DNA of 64,000 bases. It comes from a virus. Lineage: Duplodnaviria > Caudoviricetes. A model generated the notes under the pieces. The model was not told where the DNA came from, did not search any database, and saw only the letters and a program-made list of their open reading frames with translations. The stretch spans positions 38,612 to 102,611 of IMG/VR virus record IMGVR_UViG_3300014043_000004; one strand, given 5' to 3'. Below are positions 59,187-64,000 of the stretch, piece after piece (the first letter of the stretch is position 1; each line of letters opens with the position of its first letter). Both the position numbers and the translations under genes were made by a program.

Positions 59187-59621
59187 ATGGCAAAAATTAA
59201 CAATTTCGCAAATATATACGACAAAGACGGTAATCTTGTACGTAAAGTTAATGAGCAAACGGGTAAGCTAGACAGTTATACCCTCGAAGAAGTAGAAGAA
59301 CTTGTCGATAAATTAACCAAACAAGTACAAGAAAATCCAGAAAATATTGAGTATAAAACACAGCTGAATAATGCACAGGCTTTCTTGTTTGACATGTATA
59401 ACCACATGAGTAAAGAAGACTTGAGTAAGAGGTTGTCTGTACTACAGAATGCGATAGACAGCGCTAAAGATAAGGCCAATGAGGCTGATAAAGTAGCATT
59501 AGATCACGCAAATGAACAACTCGAAACCCTCAAAAATGCATATGAAACACCAGAGTCTGCTGAACAAGATGAATATGTAGATTTTGAGGAGGTTGTAGAT
59601 GAAACAAACGATAAAGCATAA
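59187..59621 (+). CDS. Hypothetical coiled-coil protein (144 aa)
   Basis: Intact ORF in operon. Confidence 0.65.
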   Translation: MAKINNFANIYDKDGNLVRKVNEQTGKLDSYTLEEVEELVDKLTKQVQENPENIEYKTQLNNAQAFLFDMYNHMSKEDLSKRLSVLQNAIDSAKDKANEADKVALDHANEQLETLKNAYETPESAEQDEYVDFEEVVDETNDKA

Positions 59622-60189
59622 TAAAATGAGACAAATTAAGAGAATATTCGTACATTGTACGGCAGGTAGTCAAAAAACAACGCTGAAGCAGCTTGAAAAC
59701 GAGTTTAAAGCTAAAGGTTGGAAGAGCCCAGGATACCACTACGTGGTATTTCCAGATGGAAAAATCGAACAAATGCTTGACGAATCTAAGGTTAGTAACG
59801 GTGTAAGAGGCTATAATAGTACTTCAATTAACGTATCTTACGTAGGTGGCGTAGACTCTAAATTAAAACCGATAGATAACCGCACAGATGCCCAAAAAGC
59901 AAGTCTCGTAACCCTATTGACAGAGCTTAAATCGCGCTACCCAGACGCCCATATAATGGGTCACAGAGATATATGGGGAAAAGACCCCAAAAAGTGGCAA
60001 AAATGGTGTCCTTGTTTCGATGCAGAAGCTGAATATGCAGAGATTGGAAAAGTTAAAGAAGAGCCTAAAGAGATACCTACACAGCTTGTAGAGCCTGTAG
60101 AGCAGAATATAACGCTTAAAGAAGATGGTAAAAAGTCGTTCTTTAAGACACTTATTACATTTCTTACATCATGGATGAAAAAGGCTTGA
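59599..60189 (+). CDS. Endolysin, N-acetylmuramoyl-L-alanine amidase (T7 lysozyme-like)
   Basis: IFVHCTA, GWKSPGYHY, GYNSTSI.VSYVGG, GHRD, KWCPCFD. Confidence 0.92.
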   Translation: MKQTIKHNKMRQIKRIFVHCTAGSQKTTLKQLENEFKAKGWKSPGYHYVVFPDGKIEQMLDESKVSNGVRGYNSTSINVSYVGGVDSKLKPIDNRTDAQKASLVTLLTELKSRYPDAHIMGHRDIWGKDPKKWQKWCPCFDAEAEYAEIGKVKEEPKEIPTQLVEPVEQNITLKEDGKKSFFKTLITFLTSWMKKA

Positions 60190-60374
60190 AATACTTCGTA
60201 TTTGCTAGTATTATATCTGCTGATAACGACCTATACACGGAAGAAGTCAAGCAAGATATAATACGCAGATACGATGCGTATAAAGACAAAGGGTTTGATA
60301 AGACAGATTGGGAGTACGTATTGGAACCGTTAGGTGAAGAAGCAGATAAGTACATACAATTATTGAAAGAATAA
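60171..60374 (+). CDS. Hypothetical protein (67 aa)
   Basis: Intact ORF tightly packed between neighbours. Confidence 0.55.
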   Translation: MDEKGLKYFVFASIISADNDLYTEEVKQDIIRRYDAYKDKGFDKTDWEYVLEPLGEEADKYIQLLKE

Positions 60375-60376
60375 GA

Positions 60377-61243
60377 ATGAAAAACAAGACGATAAAGCTA
60401 GTAACGTACAATGTTGACGGTCTCCCAGAGACGTTGGACTTAAAAGACCTCCCCTGGGTACTTAAACCAATTGCGTGGGTATACAAGCTGTTCAAAAAGA
60501 CAACAAAGATAACTGTAAACGATGGGAAGAACCATTCTGCCGAAATAGGGGATTATTTGTCTAAAACAGGTGCAGATTTAATAGCTATTCAAGAAGATTT
60601 TAATTATCATGACGAGCTTATGAACCATCTCCCTGACTATTATGCTGGCACACACGGAGGTAAAATAACACTTAAGAATCTCTTCTCTAATACAGAATGG
60701 TTGTCATACTTCCCATTCCCTAGATTTAAAGCTGACGGTCTTAATCTGTTAGTTAAAGATGACAGAGTAGAGATGTATGATGAAGATATAGTATGGTGGA
60801 AGAAGTCTGCAGGATACTTTAAGCATGCTAACGACAAACTGACCCATAAAGGATTTAGACGTTACTCAGTTGTAGTAGACGATGAGTACGATATAGATGT
60901 ATATGTAGTACACTTTGATGCAGACTTTTACAACCCAAAGACGTGCCCAGATGTATCTAAAGACATTGCCGCTAGAAAAGCCCAATATGACCAATTGATG
61001 TCGTATATACAAGCTCAAAATTCCAACAATCCTATCGTGATCATAGGAGATATGAACAACATTGATGAGTGGTCTATAGGGGAAGAAGCTGTATCTACTA
61101 ACGGAGAAGACATAGATAGAGTATTTATAATAAATAATGATAAATGCCCGTATAAACTGTCAGTTGAAGATGCATATAGGGACAAAGATGTACATCTATC
61201 TGATCATCGACCGTTTATAGTAACACTAAAGATAGAAGATTAA
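60377..61243 (+). CDS. Endonuclease/exonuclease/phosphatase (EEP) family protein, sphingomyelinase-like
   Basis: TYNV, IQEDF, IGDMN, IDRVF, SDHRP motifs. Confidence 0.85.
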   Translation: MKNKTIKLVTYNVDGLPETLDLKDLPWVLKPIAWVYKLFKKTTKITVNDGKNHSAEIGDYLSKTGADLIAIQEDFNYHDELMNHLPDYYAGTHGGKITLKNLFSNTEWLSYFPFPRFKADGLNLLVKDDRVEMYDEDIVWWKKSAGYFKHANDKLTHKGFRRYSVVVDDEYDIDVYVVHFDADFYNPKTCPDVSKDIAARKAQYDQLMSYIQAQNSNNPIVIIGDMNNIDEWSIGEEAVSTNGEDIDRVFIINNDKCPYKLSVEDAYRDKDVHLSDHRPFIVTLKIED

Positions 61244-61247
61244 TGAG

Positions 61248-61292
61248 ATCCGGAGAGCGAAAGTTCTTCGGATTTTTTTTTATTTTTTTTTT
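61248..61292 (+). terminator. Rho-independent terminator
   Basis: ATCCGGAGAGC-GAAA-GTTCTTCGGAT followed by a long T run. Confidence 0.88.
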
Positions 61293-61534
61293 GTTTTGTA
61301 CAATTTTTCTGCGAAAAATCTAAACATTTTCTTTCAGAAAACGGGGATTGTGAGTGTAGAAACGAGAAACTGTAATAAACTGACTCCCCGACTCGATCGA
61401 AAATCGAAAGTACCCCCTACCCAATCACCAACACTCAACGTAAGTAACAAAACAAAATACTTTAAAGTATCGCCTGAGGGAACCTCAGGTGCAAGTGTCA
61501 ATAGTGACCTTGCGACTCTTAAATTTGTACCGCT

Positions 61535-61777
61535 ATGGCTAAATACAAATTCAAGGTCTCACGATGGAATCGTGAAGACAAGAAGTTCGAAGACATAACT
61601 TCTGACCTCAAAGAGGCCAAGAACTTAGTATTCGACCTCAACGACGCGTCTGACGAGGCTAAAGCCATCCGTAAAACGGCTGGCCGCCTTGCCCTCGTTT
61701 ACTGCGCACGTGGTTACCACGTGACAGCCTACGAGGACATCGACCGCGAAGCGATCGACCTCGACGAGGACTGGTAA
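61535..61777 (+). CDS. Hypothetical protein (80 aa), probable early gene
   Basis: Intact ORF with GC3-richer codon usage. Confidence 0.65.
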   Translation: MAKYKFKVSRWNREDKKFEDITSDLKEAKNLVFDLNDASDEAKAIRKTAGRLALVYCARGYHVTAYEDIDREAIDLDEDW

Positions 61778-61864
61778 TAACCAGTCTCGTGAGTTTGTAT
61801 GCATGTTATGAGCAATAGGAGATTTAAGAGTCATGCTGTGATTATTCATTTTAAATCAATTAAT

Positions 61865-62296
61865 ATGACACAGAAAGCTTTGAAGTTTGTTGTCAGCGGG
61901 ATGCTGAACAACGAGCGTGAGATCACAGAGGAAAGAGTTGCATTCATTCTCAACATGTTACCTGAGCACATGCTTGATGGATTTACTGATGGATTCGTTA
62001 TGAACGCTAATGTAAATGATCCGTCTGCATTGCTAGAGTTTGTTAGGCAGCGCAATAAGGGGAAAACACTTACATCCTTGTTGCGAACCAACTTCTCGCC
62101 TGTAACTAAAGACAACATGCCAACGCTCACCGTAGAATGTGAGCGTGTTGTTTACAACAAGGAGGGCGGCAAAGATTGGGAAGCGAAAGACGCAAAAACT
62201 GATGAGTACTGCGTAAAACAGGTAAAAACCTACACAGAGTGCATTGGGCTGTTTAGCTACAGTATTATTCCAGGTGTTGAACTTGCAATTTTCTAA
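61865..62296 (+). CDS. Hypothetical protein
   Basis: ORF 61799..62296; ATG 61865 after an AT-rich leader is the likelier start. Confidence 0.6.
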   Translation: MTQKALKFVVSGMLNNEREITEERVAFILNMLPEHMLDGFTDGFVMNANVNDPSALLEFVRQRNKGKTLTSLLRTNFSPVTKDNMPTLTVECERVVYNKEGGKDWEAKDAKTDEYCVKQVKTYTECIGLFSYSIIPGVELAIF

Positions 62297-62518
62297 CTCT
62301 ATGAGGACTAATAACAGTCCTCTTACGTTGCGTAACAAAACAAAACGCTTTAACCAATCGGCGGCTTCGCCCAAATATCCAGTGTTTATTGGTATAGGGA
62401 TAGAGGCCTCTTCACCAATCTTGCTTTTGCAAGAGATTGTGCGTATCATAAGAATCGCACTGCTGTTAATATATAGCATTTTATCGATTATTGTTTAACC
62501 CTTTAATATATTAGAGCT

Positions 62519-63199
62519 ATGAACTTATTGATGAAAAATTTGTCTATTGAGACAGCAACTGGAGCACGTATTAGTGGTCAGACTAGTGGTAACAGGTATC
62601 TACGTTATGAATTGACCGATCCATTGGCACCAATGATTGGTTTCCCAGCACAGGTATCGTTCGAACCAGACGTCATTCAGACTTATGAGGCATTATTGCC
62701 AAAGAAGAAGGGTGGCGTGTTACCAGACAACGAGAACTGGACTGAAGACGAGATCGACATTCGCTATCGTTCATTCACCGATGCAGTAGAAGTCGAGTAC
62801 GATCTTGGCGGAGAGTACGTATCACTGTACACCAGCGACATCGTCGACAAGGATGGAGTCGTAATTCCTGGTAAAGAGAAAGGTAAGGTGATTCGTGATG
62901 CCAATGGCGTACCAAAGGTACGTACATCCGTCAACGTTCTATGCCGACAGACCTACATCATGGAGACTGTTTACGACGAGAACACATGGGAGCCAATCAT
63001 CAACCCGAAGACTGGTCTACCACGTCAACGTCCTGTTCGTGACGAGAATGGTAACTACAAGCGCACTTGGCTGGGTAAATTCTCACCATCAACAGTGGGC
63101 GAGTCCCGAAAGAGACTGATGATCCCATTGCGCGTAGCAGTATCAAGAGGTCTGATGACCGTAGAAGATGCCGCAGGTCCAACACCAGAAGACGAGTAA
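62519..63199 (+). CDS. Hypothetical protein (226 aa)
   Basis: Intact ORF followed by a terminator. Confidence 0.7.
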   Translation: MNLLMKNLSIETATGARISGQTSGNRYLRYELTDPLAPMIGFPAQVSFEPDVIQTYEALLPKKKGGVLPDNENWTEDEIDIRYRSFTDAVEVEYDLGGEYVSLYTSDIVDKDGVVIPGKEKGKVIRDANGVPKVRTSVNVLCRQTYIMETVYDENTWEPIINPKTGLPRQRPVRDENGNYKRTWLGKFSPSTVGESRKRLMIPLRVAVSRGLMTVEDAAGPTPEDE

Positions 63200-63214
63200 T
63201 CCAGTTGCTACAAC

Positions 63215-63245
63215 AAGGGGCACGCGAAAGCGTGCCTCCTTTTGT
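63215..63245 (+). terminator. Rho-independent terminator
   Basis: AAGGGGCACGC-GAAA-GCGTGCCTCCTTTTT. Confidence 0.8.
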
Positions 63246-63320
63246 TGTGCTCTTAGACATGCTGTATATAATAAGCGAATCTAATCCGCAATAGTGCGGA
63301 ACGATTATATTCCCTTCGAT

Positions 63321-63506
63321 ATGAGCAACAGTTTATCACGAGCAAAATCATCCTGTCTCGTAGGCGCATTATTATGCGCAATTGTGTTAACAGTCGTATG
63401 TGCTATCAGATTTGCATATACTGAGGACATTGTTTGTGTTGTGTATACAATAGTATTCGCATTTGCAACAACTATTCTCGGTATAGCAGTCTATCGCAAA
63501 TGGTGA
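63321..63506 (+). CDS. Small two-TM membrane protein
   Basis: Two hydrophobic segments, basic C-terminus. Confidence 0.45.
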   Translation: MSNSLSRAKSSCLVGALLCAIVLTVVCAIRFAYTEDIVCVVYTIVFAFATTILGIAVYRKW

Positions 63507-64000
63507 CTGTTAGAAAGAGTAGCACACATCAGTGAAAACCTGTATAAGTTGTGCCCGTGCTTTGAACACTAGAGCCTGAAGAGTAGGTGTTGGCAGCTGG
63601 AAATAGACAGCAAATTTAATGGCATCAATGCTCAAACCTCCACGTGGTGATGCTGGACGCAATAAACAGAGTAGTTATATACTTTTATCAATGTGCGACT
63701 AATTGGGCAAGCCTTAACACGGAGCTCTCATGTTGACCATGAGGTGTTGATGTGTTCGGGCATTTAAAAAACTCAATATAAAATATCCATTAAAGTGAGG
63801 GCTGCCAGCAGTGTGAAAGTCCATGGATTTCCAAGATGTTGAGGACGCCAGTTTCTTATCTTTTCAGTTCCATCAAGGCAATAATACCATATACCATATA
63901 AGGTATTACCGTTTGCGGATATTAGATAAGTTTTAGGCGTAAAACACATGTCTGCAGAAGCAGATTATTATCATAGTCAAATTCGTTGAAGTGTCTGTTT

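Noticed and set aside
58665-59258. Minus-strand hydrophobic ORFs 58665..58949 and 58995..59258
   Set aside because: Better explained as shadows of the TAG-containing plus-strand gene 58620..59174 and its neighbour.
1-64000. CRISPR array, integrase, transposase or reverse transcriptase
   Set aside because: None recognised by eye; no regularly spaced repeats and no RT-like YxDD context found. A profile search is needed to exclude divergent cases.

Overview
Most of the late (virion) region of a crAss-like phage (Crassvirales), read mainly on the minus strand. The genome uses a non-standard code: TAG is a sense codon (most likely Gln, translation table 15). The many short ORFs in the track join into long in-frame genes ending in TAA/TGA, and a CUA-anticodon suppressor tRNA is encoded at 56032-56109. 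Minus-strand order from ~58 kb down: GroES-like and small genes, a tRNA/ncRNA cluster, GIY-YIG endonuclease, dUTPase, tail fibre genes, a DGR-targeted receptor-binding protein with its template repeat but no reverse transcriptase in the window, and the large terminase. The terminase carries a LAGLIDADG intein and, 10 nt away, a 225-nt group I intron. Then portal, a modular cargo-like protein, scaffold, major capsid protein, ring proteins, auxiliary capsid protein, holin, spanin, muzzle, cargo proteins and a >4,900-aa virion RNA polymerase polyprotein that runs off the left edge. A short plus-strand operon (58.2-61.2 kb) holds the amidase endolysin, followed by a probable early region. Product names rest on motifs, size and synteny read by eye; no database search was run.
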